A stretch of 64,000 nt of DNA from Acidobacteriota bacterium (lineage in GTDB: Bacteria > Acidobacteriota > Thermoanaerobaculia > Gp7-AA8), in contig JAFATB010000014.1 in assembly GCA_019244185.1 (NCBI GenBank), positions 448,001-512,000 on the forward strand. Reading direction: 5' to 3'. Of this stretch, positions 40,721 through 51,404 are shown piece by piece. Positions within the stretch are counted from its first letter, which is position 1, and every line of letters begins with the position of its first letter. Position numbers and translations under genes: made by a program. The notes under the pieces were generated by a model, which saw only the letters and a list, made by a program, of their open reading frames with translations, was not told where the DNA came from and did not search any database.

Positions 40721-41275
40721 GTGGAGAGCGGAGTCGAGGCGATGGCCCTGCCCGGCGAGATGTCCGGCGAATTGTCCGGCGAGCTGCCGGAATGCGAGGC
40801 GCGGGAGCGGCTCGAGCGGCTGTACGACCGCTACAGCGCGCGGCTCTTCCGCTTCGCGTTGCGGATGGCGGTGGACGACGGCGAGGCGCGCGACTTCGTG
40901 CACGACGCGTTCGTCCGCGCCGCCCGCGGACTCGCGCGCGTGCCGGCAGGGGAGGAGGCGATGGCGTGGCTGATGCGCGTCGTCGTGAACCTCGCGCGCG
41001 ACCGGCACCGGCGGCGCGTGGTGCGCGCGGCCTTCGCGCGATTGCCGTTCCGCGTCGCCGACGATCCGCGCGCGGCGCTCGAGACCGCGGGAAGCGTGCG
41101 GGCGGCGCTCGCGGAGCTGCCGCCGCGGCAGCGCGCGATCATTGCGCTGCATCACTTCGACGACGAGCCGGTGGCCGCCATCGCCGCGACCCTCGGACTC
41201 TCCGCGGCGACGGTGCGGTGGCATCTCGCGAAAGGCCGCAAGCGCCTCGCCGAACTGCTGAAAGGACTCGCATGA
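40721..41275 (+). CDS. ECF RNA polymerase sigma factor
   Basis: EARDFVHDAF, AWLMRVVVNLARD, LPPRQR, TVRWHL; start at 40721 or 40742. An AAC-N17-CGTT ECF-type promoter-like motif lies just upstream. Confidence 0.9.
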   Translation: MESGVEAMALPGEMSGELSGELPECEARERLERLYDRYSARLFRFALRMAVDDGEARDFVHDAFVRAARGLARVPAGEEAMAWLMRVVVNLARDRHRRRVVRAAFARLPFRVADDPRAALETAGSVRAALAELPPRQRAIIALHHFDDEPVAAIAATLGLSAATVRWHLAKGRKRLAELLKGLA

Positions 41276-41550
41276 ACGACGACCTGACACGCCTGCTGCG
41301 CGCGCACGATCCAGCGGCTGGAAAGACGCTGCACCCCGCAACTCGCGCGCGCCTCTTCGCGGAACGCGCGGCGCCGCGTCGCGTGCAGCGTTGGCGCGTC
41401 GCGGTGGTCGCCGCCGCGCTCGTACTGCTCGCGGGCATCGCCGCGCTCGTCCGCCGTCCCGACCCGGAGCCGCCGCGGCGGCAGATTCAATACGCGACGA
41501 AGTCGGGAACGCGGATCATCTGGACGCTCGACCCGAACTTCAGGATGTGA
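41272..41550 (+). CDS. Small single-TM putative anti-sigma factor
   Basis: ATGA overlap with the sigma gene; TM helix; C-terminal TKSGTRIIWTL. Confidence 0.75.
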   Translation: MNDDLTRLLRAHDPAAGKTLHPATRARLFAERAAPRRVQRWRVAVVAAALVLLAGIAALVRRPDPEPPRRQIQYATKSGTRIIWTLDPNFRM

Positions 41551-41558
41551 GGAACGCG

Positions 41559-42119
41559 ATGAGACACCTGCTCGCCGTGCTGTTGCTCTGCGCTGGCGCG
41601 CCGCTGCTGGCGGACGAAGCGGCCGCGCCCGCCGCGCCGCCTCCGCGTGCGAATGCCTCCGCGGCGCCCACGCGGCTCTTCCAACTCACGCTGCTGCGCG
41701 CGTCGAACCATGGCAGCGATGAACTGACCGGAGTCTCCGAGGGGGCGAAGAAGGCGATTCGCGACATCCATGACTTCCTGCCGTTCCGCAGCTACCGGCT
41801 GCTCGATGCGGCGCTGATCCGCTCGTCGGACGTGACGAAGGTGCAACTCGATGGCGTGCCGCCGCAGCGTTACGACGTCATGCTCGGATTCCGTGCGGCC
41901 GGCGAAACGAAGTTGTCGATCTGGACCTTCACGGTGACGCCGGTGCGCCGCGGCGGAACGCCGTTGCCTGCCGGCGTCGCGCCGTCCGCGGAGCGGGCAA
42001 TCATCGATACCTCGTTCACGATCGACGCGGGCGAGACGATCGTCGTCGGCTCGTCGAAGCTCGGTGGCGACGAAGCGCTGGTCATCCTTCTCACGGCTTT
42101 GCCGAAATCCATTCACTAA
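41559..42119 (+). CDS. Secreted hypothetical protein
   Basis: Signal peptide; FLPFRSYRLLD...GETIVVGSS; co-oriented with the sigma operon. Confidence 0.8.
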   Translation: MRHLLAVLLLCAGAPLLADEAAAPAAPPPRANASAAPTRLFQLTLLRASNHGSDELTGVSEGAKKAIRDIHDFLPFRSYRLLDAALIRSSDVTKVQLDGVPPQRYDVMLGFRAAGETKLSIWTFTVTPVRRGGTPLPAGVAPSAERAIIDTSFTIDAGETIVVGSSKLGGDEALVILLTALPKSIH

Positions 42120-42129
42120 AGGACTCGAC

Positions 42130-43605
42130 ATGAAACGCATCGCACTCCTGCTGCTCCTCGCAGCAACGCTCGAGGCTCGTCCGATCGCAATCGTGAACGT
42201 CAACGTGATCGCGATGACGAGCGACGCGGTCACGCCGTCGCAGACGGTGATCGTCGATCGCGGACGCATCGTGACGATCGGCAGCGTGTCGACGACGCCC
42301 GTGCCCGACGGCGCGCAGACGATCGACGGGCAGGGCGGCTATCTCATCCCCGGCCTCTGCGATCTGCACGTGCATCTCACCGATCGCGACGATCTCGCGC
42401 TCTACGTCGCGAACGGCGTCACGACCGTGTTCAACCTCGACGGCGACGAGAGCACGCTCGCCCTCCGCAAAGCGCCGCCGCCGCTCGCGCCGCGCATCCT
42501 CACTGCGGGCCCGAAACTGATCGGCGTCCCGGGCGCGGAACGAGCACGCGCGATCGTCGCGGAGCAGGCCGCGGCCGGCTATGACGCGATCAAGATCTAC
42601 GACGACATCGCGGCCGATGCGCTGCCCGAGCTCGTGCGTGTCGCGCGCGAGAAAGGTCTCCTCAGCATCGGTCACATTCCGCGCAACCTGAAGTGGCAGG
42701 ACATGCTCGCGGCGCGGCCCGACGCGATCGCGCACGCGGAGGAGTTTCTCTACAGCCCTGTTCTCGACGGCGACGAGGAGCGCATCGCCGCGTCGATGAA
42801 GGCGAACGGCACGAGCCTCATCGCGACGCTGATCACCTACGACACGATCGGGCTGCAGGTCGACGACGTCGACGCGATGCTGGCGCGGCCCGAGAACGCG
42901 TACGCGAACGTCGCCATCCGCAATCTCTGGTCGCGCGCGAACAACCGCTACGCGAGTCGCTGGGACGCGTCGAAAGTTCCGACGCTGCGCCGCCGCCTCG
43001 TCTTCCAGAAGACTCTCGTGCGCCAGCTCGGTGCCGCCGGCATTCCGATCCTCCTCGGCACCGACGCCGGCGGCGTGCCGTTCGTCATCCCCGGCTTCTC
43101 CGCGATCGCCGAGCTGCGCGAGCTCGTCTCCGCCGGCCTCACGCCGTACGCCGCGTTGCGCGCCGCCACCGCGGGCGCCGCGCACTTCATCCGTCGCGAT
43201 CAAGACCTCGGCACCATCGAAGCCGGCAAGATCGCCGATCTCGTGCTGCTCCGCGGCAATCCGCTCGCGAACATCGACGACGTCGCATTGCGCGCGGGCG
43301 TCATGACGAACGGCGAGTGGCACGACGAGGCGCAGCTGCAAGGCGCGCTCGCGCATGTCGCGGAGATCAACGCGGCCGAGGCGGCGGTCGTCACCGCGTG
43401 CAACGGAACGATCGACGCGTGCGTCGCCGCGGCGCGCAAAATCCGTCCGCGCGACACCACGCTCAACGAGCTCGCGTATCAGCTGCTCTACATTTCCAAA
43501 CGGAAAGACGACGCGGTGCGCCTCTTCCGCGCGAATGCCGAGCTCCATCCGGAGTCGGCTATCGCGCGCGGGTCGCTCGCGGAGGTGGTGGGGAAGAAGG
43601 AATGA
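42130..43605 (+). CDS. Amidohydrolase family protein with C-terminal TPR
   Basis: Signal peptide; PGLCDLHVH, GTDAG, GTIEAGKIADLVLL; LNELAYQLL...AVRLFRANAELHP.S. Confidence 0.92.
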   Translation: MKRIALLLLLAATLEARPIAIVNVNVIAMTSDAVTPSQTVIVDRGRIVTIGSVSTTPVPDGAQTIDGQGGYLIPGLCDLHVHLTDRDDLALYVANGVTTVFNLDGDESTLALRKAPPPLAPRILTAGPKLIGVPGAERARAIVAEQAAAGYDAIKIYDDIAADALPELVRVAREKGLLSIGHIPRNLKWQDMLAARPDAIAHAEEFLYSPVLDGDEERIAASMKANGTSLIATLITYDTIGLQVDDVDAMLARPENAYANVAIRNLWSRANNRYASRWDASKVPTLRRRLVFQKTLVRQLGAAGIPILLGTDAGGVPFVIPGFSAIAELRELVSAGLTPYAALRAATAGAAHFIRRDQDLGTIEAGKIADLVLLRGNPLANIDDVALRAGVMTNGEWHDEAQLQGALAHVAEINAAEAAVVTACNGTIDACVAAARKIRPRDTTLNELAYQLLYISKRKDDAVRLFRANAELHPESAIARGSLAEVVGKKE

Positions 43606-43609
43606 CGGC

Positions 43610-44418
43610 GATCGGCCGAACTCCTGCCCGGCGATGAGCTGGAAGGAGTCCGTCAGCGTCTTGCAGTCGCCGTTGCGCTGGGCGAAGCGGTCGAAGCCGC
43701 CCGGGGCCATGCTGTAGCGAAAGCGGCGGCGCGCGAAGAGGCGGAACAGCTTCGCGATCCGGCCGGCGTCATCGAGAGCACGGTAGCCGTCGTCGAGCTC
43801 CAGCTCGGCGGCGACATGCCTCCGGTTTCCCGCATAGACCTCGTTCGTGTAGCGAAGCCCGGTATACGGGCTGCGGCCGTCGATCTGTTCGACGCGGCGG
43901 CCCGCGCGTCCGAGGTCGCGCAGTGCGTCCGCCTCTCCACCGGAGGTGAGCCAGCGATAGCCGCCGTAGACGAGACCGGCGATGGCGACCCGCACGACGC
44001 GTCGGCGATGCTGCTGCCGCCCGCTCTCGCCGCGTTCCACCACGGTCCGGGCCATGCGCTCCCGCCGCTCGTGCGCCAGCCGCTCGAAGCGGCGTTCGGT
44101 GCGAGCTTCGCGGACGTGCGCCTCCATGTCGGCTCGCATCCGTCGTCGCTCGGCGCGACGGCATTCACCCACGGCGCGAACATCCACTTCGGCGCCGGCC
44201 AATGCAACCCCGAGACTGCGCACGGCCAGCAGATGTTCTGCCGCCAGCTCGCGCGGGTCGTGCAGCAGCGGAGCGGCCGCGTGCGCAATCCGTTCGGCGG
44301 CGGCAGCGCCGTCGTGCAGGACCGCATGCTCGATCTCGAAGCGGATCGCATCGGCCGCGCCGCCGCGGACCGGCTGGCGATGTCCCGCGTACAGCGCCTG
44401 CTGACGAGGATACGCCAT
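43610..44418. pseudogene. Rearranged, truncated DUF4157 effector gene: DUF4157 segment on + (about 43990-44403), putative start and toxin-like tail on -
   Basis: The + frame gives FADVRLH...GATAFTHG...VVQQRSGRV.NPFGGG...VQR, highly similar to the 12095..13957 gene. The - frame gives MAYPR (44418) and VAIAGLVYGGY...GDCKTL (43989 to about 43610). Confidence 0.7.
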
Positions 44419-44444
44419 CACGGCGGAAATCCGTGGAGATTGAA

Positions 44445-44478
44445 GAAGGACGGTCCGCGATTGCGCGAGCCGTCCTTC
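44445..44478 (-). terminator. Putative terminator of the CADD-family gene
   Basis: Stem GAAGGACGG / CCGTCCTTC just downstream of the stop at 44494. Confidence 0.6.
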
Positions 44479-44493
44479 CGATGTCGCGTTTCG

Positions 44494-45147
44494 TTACGCC
44501 GTCACGCTGTCGAGGAACGCGTACAGCGCGTCGAGGGTACGGCCCGCCGCCCGCTCCGCTTCCTGCGCCTGCTCGTCCGTCGCGCAGAGATCACGGAGGA
44601 TCTCGCGGGACGTGTTCGCGTGGACGACGTCGGCGTCCATGTGCACGCGGAAGAAGGCCGTGTCGCGGTCGGCGGAGATGCCGTACCACTTCGCGAGGCC
44701 TTCAATCTTCGCCTTGGCGACGGCGGGGATCTGCGACTCGTACGCGTAGAGCGAGGCCAGTCCCTCGTGCAGCGCGCCTTCGCGGGCGAGGTCGCGCATC
44801 GTGGCGATGAGCGCGCGCGTCGAATCGTTGGCGATCCCGCGCTTCACGTCCTCGCGGTCGAGTCCGAGGGACTCGCAGAAGCGGAGCCAGAGCTCGGGAT
44901 GATTTTCGGGGCCGCGCTCTTCCTCGATGAGATTCTCGAGGAGCAGCTGGCGCGTCGGCAGATCGTCGGTGTGCGCGTGCATCGCGCTCACGAACGTCGG
45001 GAACGCCATCGCGTAGTGAAAGTACTGCCGCGCGTACTCGCGCAGCTCATCGGCGCTCAGCGTCCCGGCGTTCCAGCGCTGATAGAACGTGTGGTCGAGG
45101 AGATGGCGCGACGCAATGCGCGCATCGAGAGCCTGAATGGGATCCAT
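44494..45147 (-). CDS. CADD / PqqC-like (heme-oxygenase-like dimetal) protein, putative folate metabolism
   Basis: AGGAGG RBS; HTFYQRW, YARQY, NLIEEE...HPELW, YAYESQ, AKAKIEGL, FFRVH..AD..H. Confidence 0.9.
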   Translation of the reverse strand: MDPIQALDARIASRHLLDHTFYQRWNAGTLSADELREYARQYFHYAMAFPTFVSAMHAHTDDLPTRQLLLENLIEEERGPENHPELWLRFCESLGLDREDVKRGIANDSTRALIATMRDLAREGALHEGLASLYAYESQIPAVAKAKIEGLAKWYGISADRDTAFFRVHMDADVVHANTSREILRDLCATDEQAQEAERAAGRTLDALYAFLDSVTA

Positions 45148-45243
45148 GGGGTACCTCCTGCTTCGCTTGTGTTGAAGCGCGGAGTGTATGCCGGTTTGAA
45201 ACGAAACACACGCGCTCCTCACTACCAAGGCGAGGTGAGGAAC

Positions 45244-46578
45244 ATGAGAGCGACGAACATCATCCGTGTGGCCGCGCTGCTGCTATTGGCGGCGGCGCTT
45301 TCGAGCAACGCACAAACCAACACGCAGACGAACGTCTGCGCAAACAACGTCGTGCAGAACGGCGACATCGTGAACGCGACGCTGCCGTCGAGCGGCTCCG
45401 ACATCAACGCGACGAACGTGCCGCCGTGGAAGCCGGCGTACGGCTCGCCGCAGCTCGACACGAGCCAGGGCTGCCACGACAAGAACTCGATCACGATGTG
45501 GGGGAATCAGGCCGTCGGCGAGGCGGTCATGCAATCCGTCGCGTTTCAGGCCGGCAAGACCTACCAGATCGAGTTCTGCGCGAAGTATCGCGACAACAAG
45601 GTCGGCTACGCGAACGTGCAGTTCCGCGCGTCGAACGGCAGCCTGACGAATCCCTCGTGTCCGGCCGGCACGTGCGAGGTCATCGGCACGACGCCGAATC
45701 TCACCGCGAACTGGGACACGTATCGCTTCTGCTGGACGCCGAAGCGGGACTACGACACGCTGACCATCAACACGACGAACGGCATCAACGCCGACGACGG
45801 CAACAAGGTGTCGTGGTCGAACGTCGACGACATCTGCATCATCGTCATTCCGGCAGCAACGATCACCGGTCCGGCGACGAGCTGCACGGGCACGGCGACG
45901 TACTGCTCGAATCCGGCGAACCCGAACTACACGTGGACGGTGCAGAACGGCACGATCGTCGGTCCCGCGACCGGCGCGTGCGTCATGGTGCATTGGAACG
46001 CGCCGGCCGGCGGCCACGTGCACGCGGACCTGCCGCCGCTCTCCTGCCAGCCGCCGCTCGACCTCACGGTGCGCGACTGCCCGCATCCGATCTGCTGTCG
46101 CGACAACAACGTCCGCGTGCAGTTCGGCGATCCCGCGGCGCGCGCCGGCAACGTCTACACGATTACGCCGATCATCACCGCCGGCTCCGCGACCACGGTG
46201 AAGGCGACGATCCTCAGCGCCACGCGTTCCTACTCGCTGGCCGCGTGCGGTGCCGCGGCGCCGGTCGACGTCTATGCCGCGGCGGCGCAACCGCCGGCGC
46301 CCGCCGGCTGGATCGGACCGGCACTTCCGGTGACGAACAGCTCACAGTTGATCTGGGACGCGGCGGGGCCGAGCGCGCCGGTGTCCGGATCGTTTCCGTT
46401 CGACGTGCAGTTGCCGCCGGTCACCGGAGGACGGTTCTGCAACGAGAAGATCACGATCTGCGTGCTCTTCGAGGTCACCAGTCCCGACTGTCGCACGTGC
46501 TCGGTGACGAGTTGCTTCACGATTGCGCGCAGGGCCGTGATCAACTACGAGTCGATTGAGGTTCCGAAGCACAACTGA
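45244..46578 (+). CDS. Secreted Cys-rich multidomain protein (CBM-like + PKD/Ig-like)
   Basis: GAGG RBS, signal peptide, beta-rich N/T/C composition, ITGP..C...YTWTVQNGTI. Confidence 0.8.
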   Translation: MRATNIIRVAALLLLAAALSSNAQTNTQTNVCANNVVQNGDIVNATLPSSGSDINATNVPPWKPAYGSPQLDTSQGCHDKNSITMWGNQAVGEAVMQSVAFQAGKTYQIEFCAKYRDNKVGYANVQFRASNGSLTNPSCPAGTCEVIGTTPNLTANWDTYRFCWTPKRDYDTLTINTTNGINADDGNKVSWSNVDDICIIVIPAATITGPATSCTGTATYCSNPANPNYTWTVQNGTIVGPATGACVMVHWNAPAGGHVHADLPPLSCQPPLDLTVRDCPHPICCRDNNVRVQFGDPAARAGNVYTITPIITAGSATTVKATILSATRSYSLAACGAAAPVDVYAAAAQPPAPAGWIGPALPVTNSSQLIWDAAGPSAPVSGSFPFDVQLPPVTGGRFCNEKITICVLFEVTSPDCRTCSVTSCFTIARRAVINYESIEVPKHN

Positions 46579-46588
46579 GCCGCGCGAA

Positions 46589-46616
46589 GCGAGGGCGGCC
46601 TCCGCGCCGCCCTCGC
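46589..46616. repeat. 11-bp-stem hairpin without U-tract (REP-like or terminator)
   Basis: GCGAGGGCGGC-CTCCGC-GCCGCCCTCGC. Confidence 0.5.
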
Positions 46617-46653
46617 ACGAAACATCTCTCTTCGCAGGCCGTACGTTTGCGGC

Positions 46654-47667
46654 ATGCACGCGCTTCTGCTCGCCGCCGTTCTCAACATCAGTGACGTCGC
46701 AAAGGACGCGATCGCGAAGAACCATCTGCCGGCGATGTCGATCACCGTCATGAACGCGGACGGTCTCGTCGCGCAAGGCGTGGCGGGCGTGCGCAAGATG
46801 GGCTCTCGCGCGCGGGTGAAGCAGGACGATGCGTTTCACATCGGCTCGTGCACGAAGCCGATCACGGCCACGATCGTCGCGCAGCTCGTCGAAGAAAAGA
46901 AGCTGGCCTTCGACACCACGATCGGCGCGGCGTTCTCCGACTGGAACGACATCCGTCCCGAGTACAAAGACGTGACCGTCGCGGAGCTGCTCAGCCACGA
47001 ATCAGGACTGCCCGCGTTCGACGACGACGCCGACTTCAAAGGGATGCCGGCCGATCGCACGGCGTTCGTCCACGAAGCGCTGAAGCGTGCGCCGGTCGTC
47101 AAGCGCGGTGAGTACAAGTACTCGAACGCCGGCTTCTCGACGGTGGCCGTGATCGCCGAGCGCGCGAGCGGCATGTCGTGGGAGCGGCTGGTCGAAACGC
47201 GGATCTTCGCGCCGCTGCATCTGCGCACCGCGGGCTTCGGCTGGCCGCGCGAGGTGTGGGGCTTCGCGGAAGGAAAGCCGGTCGATCCGAAGGGCGCGTA
47301 TCAGCTCGGCAAGACCATTGCGCCGGCGGGCGACATCCATATGAGCAGCGGCGATCTCGCGGAGTTTCTCCGCGCGCATCTCCGCGCGCTGCGCGGCACG
47401 AAGACGCTCATCACGCCGCAGACCGCCACGCTCATGCACACGCGCCGTCTCCGCAGCGGCCTCGGATTCGGCGTGCAGAAGATCGGCGACCTCGAGCCGG
47501 TCAGCGTCTACAGCGGCAGCGCCGACACCTTCGTCACCGTCTTCGCCGTCGCGCCGAGCGCGAACGTCCTCGTCGTCGTCGACACGAACGCGGGCGACGA
47601 GAACGCGCAGAAAGCGGCCGGCGCGACGCTCAAGGCGCTGCTCGCGCGCTTCGCATCGAAGCCGTGA
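46654..47667 (+). CDS. Serine hydrolase (class C beta-lactamase / AmpC-like family)
   Basis: FHIGSCTK, LLSHESG, YKYSN, PAG. Confidence 0.9.
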   Translation: MHALLLAAVLNISDVAKDAIAKNHLPAMSITVMNADGLVAQGVAGVRKMGSRARVKQDDAFHIGSCTKPITATIVAQLVEEKKLAFDTTIGAAFSDWNDIRPEYKDVTVAELLSHESGLPAFDDDADFKGMPADRTAFVHEALKRAPVVKRGEYKYSNAGFSTVAVIAERASGMSWERLVETRIFAPLHLRTAGFGWPREVWGFAEGKPVDPKGAYQLGKTIAPAGDIHMSSGDLAEFLRAHLRALRGTKTLITPQTATLMHTRRLRSGLGFGVQKIGDLEPVSVYSGSADTFVTVFAVAPSANVLVVVDTNAGDENAQKAAGATLKALLARFASKP

Positions 47668-47716
47668 CGATGTGCAGCAGACGTCGACGAACCCGCCCGC
47701 GGCGGGCCGCCCTCGC

Positions 47717-47746
47717 TTGACCCTCATGACGGCGCGTCAATAGACT
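47717..47746 (+). promoter_or_regulatory. Putative sigma70 promoter of acnA (TTGACC-N18-TAGACT), probably leaderless
   Basis: The -10 hexamer ends 7 nt before GTG at 47754; no Shine-Dalgarno sequence. Confidence 0.55.
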
Positions 47747-47753
47747 CGCGGCC

Positions 47754-50633
<2,880 letters not shown>

Positions 50634-50654
50634 TCACGCCGCCGCGCCGCCGCA

Positions 50655-51380
50655 TCAGCGCCGCGGCACCTGCAGGCTCGAGTCGTTCGTGGCGTTGTCG
50701 ATCATCGATCCGTAGACGACGGCGTTTCCGCCGAGGACGTTGACTTCGATCGAGTCGGTCGCCTGCAACGTCGTGCCGAGGAACACGTCGACGGGATTCT
50801 GCTCGAAGGCGACGGCGGCGAACGCGCGCATGCGGCGGAAGCGCTCGGTGCCGCTCGCATCGCGGACGACGAACTCGATCGTCGCGCCCGATTCGAGCGT
50901 GCGGATGCCGAGGTTGAAGCGGTAGCGCGTGAAGTCGCGCGGCGCGATCAGCGTGGCGCTGCTGCCGACGACGAGCGCCTCCGTATTACGAACGCGTGGC
51001 ACCGTCGCGCCGGTGGTGCCGTCCGGCTGGTCGTCGTACGCGCGCGCGACCGCCTCGGGTAACTCGCCGCGGTCGACGAGGATGTCCAGCGAGCCGAGGC
51101 CGGTCGAGCCCATCGCGGCGACGACGTCGTCGTACGCGATCGTCGCGCGCGCGGGGAGGTCGTAGCGCAGCAGCGTCTCCTGCGGATGGAGGATCAGCCA
51201 GCCCGCGGCGGAGGCATCGCTCGCGTTGTGCAGCTGCAGCTCGGTCTTGAAGAACGCGTTCGACTGACCGTGCGTCGAGCCGACGACGGGGATCACGGCG
51301 TCGACCGGTTTCTCCGAAACCTGCGCGAACGCGGCGGCGGCGACGAAGAAGAGCGGCAGCGCGGCGAGCTTGTTGTGCAC
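50655..51380 (-). CDS. Secreted hypothetical protein (PVVGSTHG...FKTELQLHN...DNATND)
   Basis: Signal peptide after GTG at 51380; real C-terminal part of ORF 50655..53918. Confidence 0.8.
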   Translation of the reverse strand: MHNKLAALPLFFVAAAAFAQVSEKPVDAVIPVVGSTHGQSNAFFKTELQLHNASDASAAGWLILHPQETLLRYDLPARATIAYDDVVAAMGSTGLGSLDILVDRGELPEAVARAYDDQPDGTTGATVPRVRNTEALVVGSSATLIAPRDFTRYRFNLGIRTLESGATIEFVVRDASGTERFRRMRAFAAVAFEQNPVDVFLGTTLQATDSIEVNVLGGNAVVYGSMIDNATNDSSLQVPRR

Positions 51381-51404
51381 GGGCGAATGATAGATTCCGC
51401 GGCC

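Noticed and set aside
40752-40790. 12-bp tandem repeats (GEMS/GELS/GELP); a similar set lies at 53792-53823 (LHDE/LHEE)
   Set aside because: Short in-frame slippage repeats in variable N-termini; no evidence of phase variation.
42091-44421. 776-aa minus-strand ORF as an intact gene
   Set aside because: Most of it is antisense to the amidohydrolase and DUF4157 segments. Only 43610-43989 and possibly the first five codons look coding.
43816-46578. 920-aa ORF apparently fusing DUF4157 to the Cys-rich secreted protein
   Set aside because: The middle is the antisense shadow of the CADD gene and its terminator. The 45244 gene has its own RBS and signal peptide.
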